IMG/VR virus record: IMGVR_UViG_3300030333_004027
Location: 4,087 to 68,086 of that record
Source of the DNA: a virus
Reading direction: 5' to 3' (one strand)
Length of the DNA: 64,000 nt
A model generated the notes under the pieces. That model worked only from the letters and a program-made list of their open reading frames with translations, was not told the origin of the DNA and ran no database searches. Positions 28,565-37,600 of this stretch are shown here, piece after piece. The position numbers were made by a program, and so were the translations under genes. Numbering within the stretch: position 1 is the stretch's first letter; each line of letters opens with the position of its first letter.

Positions 28565-30801
28565 TTGTCGATAGAGGAAGAGGAACCGCCGTTCACATTC
28601 GTTATCGTGATGACGAAGGCAACAGACAGATGTTGATAGAGAGGGACATCAATCCCTATTGCTTTGTGGAAACACAACACAAAGACCACTTCCCTGCTGC
28701 AAGAAAACAAGATGGTTTTGAGGGATTATACGGAGAGTCGTTAACTAAACTAACCGTGTATGACCCACAACAGATTCTTGAGATACAAGACATGGCTAAA
28801 TCAGCAGGTTATAAGACATGGGAAGCAAAGATACCATTCTTAAACCGCGTGCTTGTTGACCGCTTGAAGCGCAAGATGAGTCCTATACCTAACTACGACC
28901 ACAGGATATGGTATCTTGACTGTGAGTGGAACCCCGAAACCAAAGCGATGCGTGTGATGGTATTCCACGATAACTTCACAGGCAAGACCGAATGCCTTTA
29001 CGTTAATCCTAACTACGATGCTACCGAAGCAAGCAACAGAACGCCGGGTCGCCGTGATGCGAAAGGAAGGCTTGAGTTTCCCAACGAGGAATCAATGCTA
29101 CGCAATTTCTTAACCCGCATAGGTGAGGCAGACCCCGATGTAATTACAGGGTGGTTCGTAGTTGGTGCTGATATTAAAACGATAATAGAAAGATGCAACG
29201 CCAAAGGTATAACTGCCGGCTCTCTATCTCCTTACAATAGGATTCGCTATCAGTTTGGTGATTGGGCGCAACCAATTCCGGGCCGCAACTGTATAGATTT
29301 GATGGTCGGCTTCTCTAAATTATGGGAATTGAAGAACGGGAAACTTCCGGGCTACAAATTGGATGACGTTGCTGAGATAGCATTAGGGGAAAAGAAAGTA
29401 GCCCTACCGGATGGACACAACACTTACCACACGGACTTAGAATTATACTTAGATTATTCTATTCAAGATGTGGAATTGCTACCTAAATTAGATGCAAAAG
29501 TAAATGTGATAGGATATTACACCGGATTACAACACTTGGTTCAATGTGACATTAGGGCAACACCATACATTACTAGGATGTTTACCAATCTAGTCTTGTC
29601 TGATACTGAGTTTGAAAAGCGAATACCTACAGAAGCACAATTCGATAAGATAGATTATCAAGGTGCAGACGTAATGGCAGTCGAACCCGGAGTCCATGAG
29701 AAAGTAGGTATCTTAGATGTCAAGGCTATGTATCATAGCAACGCCGCATTACATAACATCAGTTGGGAAACGCTGAGTGAAGATGGTGAAGATTGTGGTA
29801 ATGGAGTTAAGTTTCATAAGGCTCACAAAGGACTACTTGTTCGACAGATGGATTTGATGACGAAACTTAGAAACCGATACAAGAATCTGATGGCGCAAGA
29901 CCCCGATAACAAAGCGAGGTGGGATGCTATGCAGTATGCGTGTAAATCTCTTGTTGCTTCTATGTATGGGGTATGTGGTGATGCTAAGTATGGAATGTAT
30001 CACCCGAAGGTTGCAGATGCAATCACATTTACTTCACGGCAGACACTAAAGAAGTTGCGTGACGAAGCATTTCAGGTCGGTTGGAAAACTATCTATGGAC
30101 ACACGGACAGTATTTTCGTGACCGGTGTTGATATGCGTAAATGGTCCGAAACACCCGATGCTCTTGAGAGACTAGAAACTATTAACACAAGAATGTATCC
30201 CATCGAAGTGCAGTTTGAAAGATACTGTGACCGTATGCTTCTCATGGCAAAGAACCGCTATGCGGGAAATGTGGTATGGACTGACGGAGAGTGGCATGAA
30301 CCTACTCTTTATGTCAAAGGGATAGAGATGAAGCAATCTCGTATGCCGCCTGTGATGAAAGAAGCGATGCGGGAAGTCATCGGTGGAATACTTGCCAATA
30401 AAGAGGAAAAACAAATACAAGAAAACATCAATAATTTAATTGTAAAAGTAATTAATGGTGAGTCGGAACCTATAAACCTTTGCATGAAAGGTAAACTGAC
30501 AAAGAACGTCAGCGCATATCGAACCCTATCCGGTCCTAGTGCGGGGGCGGCTTGGGCCAATGAATATCTCGGTAAGAGGTATAGAGGTGGCGACTTCTTC
30601 TTGACTACCATAGATAACAACGGTAAGTATATTGCTTTCGATGACCCACAGGAAATAGAGGGTAAGTATTCTATAGGATACAAGCACTTGGCTGAAAGGT
30701 TTATCGTAAAGAAAATAGAGCCATATTGGGAAATGATGGGTTGGTCTATGCGGCCACTTCTCAACGCGCTTAACGGCAAGGGGGGATTGACTTGGCTATA
30801 A
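28561..30801 (+). CDS. polB: Family B DNA polymerase
   Basis: Exo I YLDCEW, Exo II DVITGWF...DI, Exo III YSIQD; polymerase motifs LDVKAMY, KSLVASMYG, YGHTDSIF, KNRYAG and KGIE. Confidence 0.95.
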   Translation: MIVDRGRGTAVHIRYRDDEGNRQMLIERDINPYCFVETQHKDHFPAARKQDGFEGLYGESLTKLTVYDPQQILEIQDMAKSAGYKTWEAKIPFLNRVLVDRLKRKMSPIPNYDHRIWYLDCEWNPETKAMRVMVFHDNFTGKTECLYVNPNYDATEASNRTPGRRDAKGRLEFPNEESMLRNFLTRIGEADPDVITGWFVVGADIKTIIERCNAKGITAGSLSPYNRIRYQFGDWAQPIPGRNCIDLMVGFSKLWELKNGKLPGYKLDDVAEIALGEKKVALPDGHNTYHTDLELYLDYSIQDVELLPKLDAKVNVIGYYTGLQHLVQCDIRATPYITRMFTNLVLSDTEFEKRIPTEAQFDKIDYQGADVMAVEPGVHEKVGILDVKAMYHSNAALHNISWETLSEDGEDCGNGVKFHKAHKGLLVRQMDLMTKLRNRYKNLMAQDPDNKARWDAMQYACKSLVASMYGVCGDAKYGMYHPKVADAITFTSRQTLKKLRDEAFQVGWKTIYGHTDSIFVTGVDMRKWSETPDALERLETINTRMYPIEVQFERYCDRMLLMAKNRYAGNVVWTDGEWHEPTLYVKGIEMKQSRMPPVMKEAMREVIGGILANKEEKQIQENINNLIVKVINGESEPINLCMKGKLTKNVSAYRTLSGPSAGAAWANEYLGKRYRGGDFFLTTIDNNGKYIAFDDPQEIEGKYSIGYKHLAERFIVKKIEPYWEMMGWSMRPLLNALNGKGGLTWL

Positions 30802-30949
30802 GATGTAATTTTTGTAAGGTAAAAGTAAATGATACGGCAGATGGACTGTGTAAGTTTTGCGTTGTTTATCATCCGAATTGGGGAGAGTAATTGACGCTTG
30901 CGAATAAATAAAGAGTAATGTTTATAACCGTGAAAATGTAGTGATATAT

Positions 30950-31282
30950 ATGACGAGAAGTAGGAAGATGAGTGGTAAGTTAACCACCAAGCAAATACAA
31001 GGTGAAGTGACCGAACTAAAGAATGAGTTATCGCAGTTTGCTAATGCGTTGGTGCAAGAAGTAATGAAACATAATACTTTAATTTATGCGTTGTTGAATG
31101 ACATGGGTAAGATGGAAAAGATTATCTGTGAGAATTGTGGCGAGGAAGTAGCAAGACCTGTGCTTAAAGACTTGGAGAATAACGATGATTGTCCTTCTTG
31201 TGGTAAGAGTTTGTTTATCACTAAGCAAGCAGACTTAGAGGACTTGAGTTATATCGCAGACTTGAATGATGATGAGGAATAG
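30950..31282 (+). CDS. Coiled-coil plus zinc-ribbon protein
   Basis: CENCG...CPSCG. ATG 29 nt after TTTATAAC, with a GACGCTTGCG box at 30893. Confidence 0.7.
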   Translation: MTRSRKMSGKLTTKQIQGEVTELKNELSQFANALVQEVMKHNTLIYALLNDMGKMEKIICENCGEEVARPVLKDLENNDDCPSCGKSLFITKQADLEDLSYIADLNDDEE

Positions 31283-31284
31283 AC

Positions 31285-31593
31285 ATGGCAAGAAAGTTTC
31301 GTAGGAATTACGCTTGGATGCCCATAGTATGGGAGTATCTAAAGACAAGACCTAGAGATACTTTGTGGAGTTATGAGGAAATTATCAACGGCGCTACACT
31401 ACAGGGAATTGAGAGATACGGAACACCATTAAAAGATTCATCTATCTGTCCTAACAAACTACAGTTTTCTAAAGTTATGGGCGGACAAGAAGGTATAGTT
31501 AAGGTAAAAGAAAACTACTACACACCCTACAGATGGGGAATGAATGACAAATATAGAACATCGAGGTTTGAACGTGGAAGAGTCATCATATAA
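31285..31593 (+). CDS. Winged-helix protein
   Basis: WMPIVWEYL...SYEEIINGATL...CPNKLQFSKVM; resembles 21295-21642. Confidence 0.55.
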   Translation: MARKFRRNYAWMPIVWEYLKTRPRDTLWSYEEIINGATLQGIERYGTPLKDSSICPNKLQFSKVMGGQEGIVKVKENYYTPYRWGMNDKYRTSRFERGRVII

Positions 31594-32404
31594 CCCTTCC
31601 TTTGACGGACCACTACGTGTGAGTAAGTCATCTTTGATGACCTACATGATGTGTCCAAGACAATTCTATTGGAAGTATGTTGCTGACATACCAAGAACCC
31701 CGCCAACAGAAGAGGCTATTCGTGGTGGTTTGGTTCACGAAGTGATGGAGTTTGGTTTACTTGAAGGCCCGGAGTCCGCTACTATTAAGGCAAAAGAACT
31801 TGGTGTTGAAGATGACCCTGCGGTTGATGCTCTCACTTTGATGATACATCAGATAGCGCACGATATGGGTGGCTTTGAGGTCATAGAAGCGGAAGTCAAA
31901 CACATGATACCGGAAACATATGAGGATGGTGAGATTATTTGGGTCGGTCTAATAGATGGTTTAGTCAAATTTGAGAGTGGGGAAATCGCCATTGTCGAAT
32001 TAAAGACAGGTAAGATGAATACCGGTAAGTTAGGTAGGACTAGAAAAGAATTACTTTACTATCGTAGGATGTTGACTCTCATGGATGGATACGAAGAACC
32101 CACTCACTTTTTATATATTTCTCCTGACTATGAATACAACGAGGGCGACCCACTTTTAAAGGAAGCAGATAAGAGAGGAAAGCGTCTGTGGCTCGGCCCT
32201 GAGCAGGGAATCGCAATAATGGAACCGATTGGTAAGCGTAGTATAAATGCTTTCTCGGAAGGTTTAAGTAGCACTATAGCACAGTTGCGACTCCAACAAT
32301 GGCCTATGAATTGGAGTGAATATTTCTGTCCTTTATGGTGTGAATTTTGCTTGAGTTGTGAGGCCGAATTGACGGGAGATATTACGGAAGGTGAATGGTT
32401 ATGA
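31544..32404 (+). CDS. Cas4-like PD-(D/E)xK exonuclease
   Basis: SKSSL..Y..CPRQF, G..VH, GLIDG, IVELKTG and C-terminal CPLWCEFCLSC (four-cysteine Fe-S set). Confidence 0.85.
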   Translation: MTNIEHRGLNVEESSYNPSFDGPLRVSKSSLMTYMMCPRQFYWKYVADIPRTPPTEEAIRGGLVHEVMEFGLLEGPESATIKAKELGVEDDPAVDALTLMIHQIAHDMGGFEVIEAEVKHMIPETYEDGEIIWVGLIDGLVKFESGEIAIVELKTGKMNTGKLGRTRKELLYYRRMLTLMDGYEEPTHFLYISPDYEYNEGDPLLKEADKRGKRLWLGPEQGIAIMEPIGKRSINAFSEGLSSTIAQLRLQQWPMNWSEYFCPLWCEFCLSCEAELTGDITEGEWL

Positions 32405-32556
32405 ATAAGATAATAGTATGTGCTTCGTGTGGAGCAGAAGATAAATGGGAAGGCTTTGAGGATGTATATAGAGTCACAGGCAAAGAAGGGGAAGCACCGG
32501 AATTGGTGACTATCGCTGCCTGTGAGTGTGGCTATCAGCAAGAGGTGATAATGTAA
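32401..32556 (+). CDS. Micro zinc-ribbon protein
   Basis: Manual translation: CASCG...CECGY; ATGA overlap. Confidence 0.6.
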   Translation: MNKIIVCASCGAEDKWEGFEDVYRVTGKEGEAPELVTIAACECGYQQEVIM

Positions 32557-32717
32557 TGATTCATATTGGCAGCATGGATTGGGATATAGACATCTCATGG
32601 TCTGATGTAGCACCGCTTCTTGCTATAATGATAGGAAGCATGGGTGTCGGTGTAGCAATTTACATTAAGTATCTGAAACTAAACCGATGTTTTGTTGTTC
32701 AACTTCCAAAGGAATGA
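32556..32717 (+). CDS. Small membrane protein
   Basis: Single TM helix; GAGGTGA SD. Confidence 0.55.
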   Translation: MIHIGSMDWDIDISWSDVAPLLAIMIGSMGVGVAIYIKYLKLNRCFVVQLPKE

Positions 32718-33706
32718 GTTATATGTTGTTGAATTTTCCAAGAGAGATAGGGCTTCGCCGTAATGTGTGTGCGAACCGTGGTGATTTTAATAATTATGTT
32801 AATAAATTAAACGGTAAAGCATCTTGTTATACGAGCCTATATTCCTTTGAGAGATTACACCCTGTATACTCTTGGAAAATGGATACCGAATCCGCTATCA
32901 TAGACCGCGCATGGTGGGACTTTGATACCGAAGAGGGGGGTAGCCTATCTGACGTAAAAGAGTCCGTCAGAACGCTTCTAAATAGGCTTAACGGGGATGT
33001 TCGTCTAGTGTTTACAGGTAGGGGGTTTCATGTGCATCAAATGTTTGAGAAACCTGTCTATGGAACACTAGTAGCAAAACACATTGAGCGCTATCAAAAG
33101 CAGATGGCAGGTGATTTGCCTACGTTAGATGGTGTGGGTCATCCACAAAAACTTACACGCATTCCTGATACCTTTAATCCTAAAAGAAAGTCGTGGGCGG
33201 TCAACCTTCCGGCGGATGAGTTTGCACAAGACCCACATGGTTTTGACATACCCGAAACGCCTGTCGATGAGTATAAGGTTCTTGACCCCTTTAGAGGCAT
33301 GGTCGTTGAATCTGATTTCGACATTACACAATGGATTGCAGATAATCCACAGAAAGAGATAGTATTAGAGCGGGGGGAGTTTACGGGAGAAATTAGCACG
33401 GCCGATTTAGTGCCTATCCCACCGTGCCTAGAATCTCTTATTTACCATGAGAATCCAAAACACAAAGCGCGGTTGGCATTGGCTCAACATCTTGCTGAAA
33501 ACCTACGCAATTTTGCACACCCATCAACGGTGTCAGCAGAACAAAGACATGAGATAACAGGTAAGATAGTTGACTTTATGGCTACGTTGGGTTGGAGAGA
33601 TTTTAACCCACATATAACTCGTAGTCACGTAAATAGTATCATGGGGTATGAGTATGCACCGTCAAAGTGTTTGGTGGATGTAGGCCCTTGTTGGGCGCAT
33701 AATTAA
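32714..33706 (+). CDS. Archaeo-eukaryotic primase, PriS catalytic domain fused to a PriL C-terminal-like domain
   Basis: WWDFD, FTGRGFHVH, LTRIP; then PPCL...H.ARL.LA...DFN...T...V..I...PSKC...C. Start is ATG 32714 or 32723. Confidence 0.85.
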   Translation: MSYMLLNFPREIGLRRNVCANRGDFNNYVNKLNGKASCYTSLYSFERLHPVYSWKMDTESAIIDRAWWDFDTEEGGSLSDVKESVRTLLNRLNGDVRLVFTGRGFHVHQMFEKPVYGTLVAKHIERYQKQMAGDLPTLDGVGHPQKLTRIPDTFNPKRKSWAVNLPADEFAQDPHGFDIPETPVDEYKVLDPFRGMVVESDFDITQWIADNPQKEIVLERGEFTGEISTADLVPIPPCLESLIYHENPKHKARLALAQHLAENLRNFAHPSTVSAEQRHEITGKIVDFMATLGWRDFNPHITRSHVNSIMGYEYAPSKCLVDVGPCWAHN

Positions 33707-33722
33707 TCAAGGGGGTAAGTAA

Positions 33723-33863
33723 ATGGCAATAGCAAAGAAAAAGGTAAGATGCCCACTATGTTTCAGCGATAAAGGATTCGTAGAGGTTCACGGTTCATCC
33801 GCTTGTCTTAACTGTAAAAATAAAATTATATCTTGTTGTGGCGATGACGGATGCATAATTTAA
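33723..33863 (+). CDS. Cys-rich micro protein
   Basis: Manual translation: CPLC...VHG...CLNC...CC...C. Confidence 0.6.
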   Translation: MAIAKKKVRCPLCFSDKGFVEVHGSSACLNCKNKIISCCGDDGCII

Positions 33864-33899
33864 GGTAAAACTTAAATAGACTACTATGGTAGTAGTTTT

Positions 33900-34616
33900 A
33901 TGTTATTGATAGACGACAGGGAAAACCCCAAAGTTATCAACAAAATTCTCATGCGTATGGGAGATGCTTCACATGATAAGAAAGGAGAGGCAAGAGTCCT
34001 ACGCATGAAATCATCTGACTACCGCATGGGAACGTGGGGCATAGAAGCCAAAGAAATAAACGACTTGTATCGTTCAATCATGGGCTTTGGGAGAACAAGA
34101 ACAATAGTGGACCAACTGAGAGATTTGGAGAGAGAGTTTGAAACTCCAATGCTAGTTGTTTATGGGACAAAAATAAAACCGTATGTTCCGGGCAGACCAA
34201 CGGCTAGAACAATGGCGATTGAGATTGCTCGGACTAAGAAAGTAATACAACAATTCAAGATGAATTTCTATCAGCGTTTTCCTAAAATTAGATACATGGA
34301 ACTTGCTACTATGGATGAGTTTGTAAACTTTTTAGTGACAAACCACCATCAAATTAATGTTAAAAGTAAAATAGGCGTATCAAAATTGCCGTTGGATATA
34401 CAGAAAGATTTAATTAAGGCAAAACTAGACCCACGTATCAAAGTGTTGTCATCATTAGAGGGGATTACACCTAAGCACGCAGAAGATTTACTGCAAAAGT
34501 TTGGTAGTATTTCTAAGTTGCTATCAACCCGCACGACTCAGAAATCTATCATGGAGATTGAAGGTCTAGGGAGAGAGAAGGCTAAGAGAATCCTAAGCCT
34601 AAGAGATAACTATTGA
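33900..34616 (+). CDS. ERCC4/XPF-family structure-specific nuclease with HhH2
   Basis: LLIDDRE, SDY, IEAKEINDL..SI and tandem HhH (LEGIT.K.A..LL..FGS; IEGLG..KA..I). Confidence 0.9.
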   Translation: MLLIDDRENPKVINKILMRMGDASHDKKGEARVLRMKSSDYRMGTWGIEAKEINDLYRSIMGFGRTRTIVDQLRDLEREFETPMLVVYGTKIKPYVPGRPTARTMAIEIARTKKVIQQFKMNFYQRFPKIRYMELATMDEFVNFLVTNHHQINVKSKIGVSKLPLDIQKDLIKAKLDPRIKVLSSLEGITPKHAEDLLQKFGSISKLLSTRTTQKSIMEIEGLGREKAKRILSLRDNY

Positions 34617-37600
34617 GTTATCTGTGATGATGCGAAGGACAAATCTGCTGATGTATTCGGTGTGCTGACTGCTGACGTAGTTTGTTTTATGCCTAAATTA
34701 GTTAGAGAAACAGAAGCATAGTTGGCCGTATCGTTACCCGACCCTGCGTTTCTACTTATCTCTACCTCTATAGTTGTGTTAGGAGAACTTGAGCCTGCAA
34801 CCCTATTATGGAAAAGAGTTATTTGTTCATTTACTATGTTGGGTTGTATAAGCGCAGTCTGTGTATATGTTGCACCGTTGACAGTCACTACGGTTGTTAG
34901 TTGTGCAATCCCGCCGTTACTGAGATTGGTAGCGTTTGCTACTATATGCAAATCATCGGACATAGCATTGGGTAAAGAAGTTAATGTTGTGATAAAAGAA
35001 CTTGAAAAGGATGGAGTGCCGCCATCTTCTTCAAAGCCCACTCCGGGGAAAGTCATGCCGTTTGAACTATCCACAGCGTTTCCGCCGGATACATCACCTG
35101 TTGAGCCTGACCCTGCATTTTGGTTAGTCGTTGCTGTGGTTGATGTTCTGTCTGCCCCCAATATTCTAGTTTCACCAAAGCCCATGTTGTGTTGAAAGTT
35201 ATCCATCCTTCTTCTTATCCTTGCGAAGAATCCTGTGGATAGGTCGTTCCCACTAATATTCTGTTGAAGGCTGCCGCTTCCCAATCCCCAACCCCAACCA
35301 CCACCATATCCGGGCGGCGGGCCTTGAGAAAGAGGGGGTGTTGTCAACTCTTCTACACCGGGGCTTGCAGGCGGCACATATACGGGCGGTGGGTTGTCGT
35401 GGAACGTGGCCGGATAAATCGCATTAGATGGCAAGAAAGCAGTAATATTATCTGCTCTCATAGATTCATCAAGAGATAGAGTTAGATTGAGATTTTCTTT
35501 GCCTGCTCCTGATAACGACCATTCAATATTTTTTATGACAAAAGTTTCATCATTGTATCCCAATCCCGCATCCGTGAGTTTTATAAATGTAGCGGGGGTG
35601 TAAGACAAATCCTTTACCATGTGTATACGAGGTGCATTCCAAATAGCGCGAGAGGCCGCACCATGAAACATATAAAACTCTTCGTGCATTCTGCCACCGA
35701 GAGGGAATATAGAGTCTGTGTTTCCTGTGGTAATATTACCGTTGGCCGTGCCTGCGGTAATACCCGGAAGAGTGTTAGCAGATTTAAATATGTTAGCAGA
35801 TGTCGGGTCGCCGCACCTGTGCCTTAGCAAATCCCTACAGTAATCTGCATTAAAAGAGACTATGATTTTTCTTGTAGGGTTAAAAGCAGAACCACCATTG
35901 TTCCAATATGATAACGGTAAAACTAATTCATAGAAGCCGTTTTCTTTTACTACTGCACGACTATATCGAGAAGCGCCCGTCATAGAATGAGTGCCGCCGG
36001 AATCACTAATATCTGCGGCCTTTACTTTACCACTACTAGCACCAAAGGCATAGTCAACTACCCATATACAAAATTCTGCATCATCTATCTTAGTAGCGTT
36101 TGTTTGGTTTTCTTTGGGTGTGACGAAAATTCTCAATTCGTTTCCGGTTTCCTCACTAACAAGAGGACAATGGTTTGGCACATGAACTAACTGCACCGCG
36201 TGGCTAACCGAGTGAGAACCATACCAATAGAAGTTATTGTTCCATGCAATATCAGTTGCGCTTGTGTTGGCCTGTGAGTAGCCGGATTTACCCCACCTGT
36301 TAAAAGCGGTTCCGTTAGTTCCAAGATTACCGTCAAGTGCGTTACTCATGCCTGTAAAGAGAGAGCCACCTGTTCCTAATCGAGTCCAACTATGAGGTTT
36401 TATAGATGTATCGGCTTTACCTTGTAGTGCTATGTATGGGTCAGCGATGTATCCATACCTACCGGTCTGTATCAATTTAGAATCTATCAAACTAGTAGCA
36501 CTATCTTCTACATAAGCAGTATCGATGGGTTCTATAGAAATAATCGCATTAGTCTTTCTGCTTGCATTGTATTCTTTTTGTGCTAATCTATACGCTTCTT
36601 TTTCTAATTTAATTGTTGGGAACTCTAAGGTTTTCCATCTTGTGGTCGAACTAATTGTTCCCTTTGGATAATCCACAAAGTTTTTATTATCGTTATAATA
36701 AACCCTTACGTTTGTCACTACCCCCGACACATTAGTTTTAAGACTGTTTACTTTCATGTTATTTCTATCAAACACCATACCGCTATTATACTTTGGTCTT
36801 AATTCTATTCTGCTATCTCTTCCCGAAAGCCAAGAGAAAGAGGTGTGGTGATTATTGAGAGTTCCAAAACCCGCACTTCTTTGTATATTCTTGAGACTAT
36901 TCAAAAGATTGCCGGTTCCAATATTTAACACACCGCCATACAAATCATTATTAGTTGTTCCGCCATCAGAAGTCATTAAATTAGTATTCGGTATATTATT
37001 AATGTCATAAAGAGAAGCGAGCCTAGTTCTAGGGTTCCAATTTTTCGTTAGTCCCGCGTTCCATAGTGTTCTAACTTTATCGCTATCAGCGTAAGTTCCA
37101 GAATTTTCTGATTCGGCTACACCTTCTATATGCATTAGCATTCTTGTAATAACATTTGCGCCGGTCCATATAGTGCTACTAACAGTCACAGTTTCCCAAT
37201 CGTAATCTCCATCACCGTCAGTTCCATCTTTTACACTTATATTATGTTGTGCGCCGACATAACCACCCGTTGCGGTGTGGTAGGCTCGCAAATATGCTAA
37301 TCTATCATCTACAGTATCGCTGGTTGCTTCTTCCCATGTAGAATTACTATGAGTCCATAAGCCACCTAGTTGCACAGGTATAGTCCAATCATCGTTTACA
37401 TTCCACGTTCCTGATGCCAAAAACCCTCTATCAACAATTAACTCCTTTACTTCGTAACCGCCTTCTGATGTTTCACCATCTCCTACCTCTATAATCTTAT
37501 GTTTAACTCCCGTAGTATCGTTTATTATCATCATACCGGCTTGTATACCTAATTCTTCCCAATTTGTTGCAGAACCATCAAAATTATCTAATGTTAGTTT

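Noticed and set aside
19888-30801. Inteins in MCM, RFC or PolB
   Set aside because: Protein lengths are compact, motifs are contiguous and no splice-junction signatures were seen.
31544-32404. CRISPR-Cas system suggested by the Cas4-like gene
   Set aside because: Solo Cas4-like nucleases are common in viral replication modules; there is no cas1/cas2 or array in the window.
22270-33870. Recurrent AAGGTAAAA motif (about 22271, 24223, 30816, 31501, 33862)
   Set aside because: Short and A-rich, partly explained by Lys-Val-Lys codons, and with no consistent spacing.
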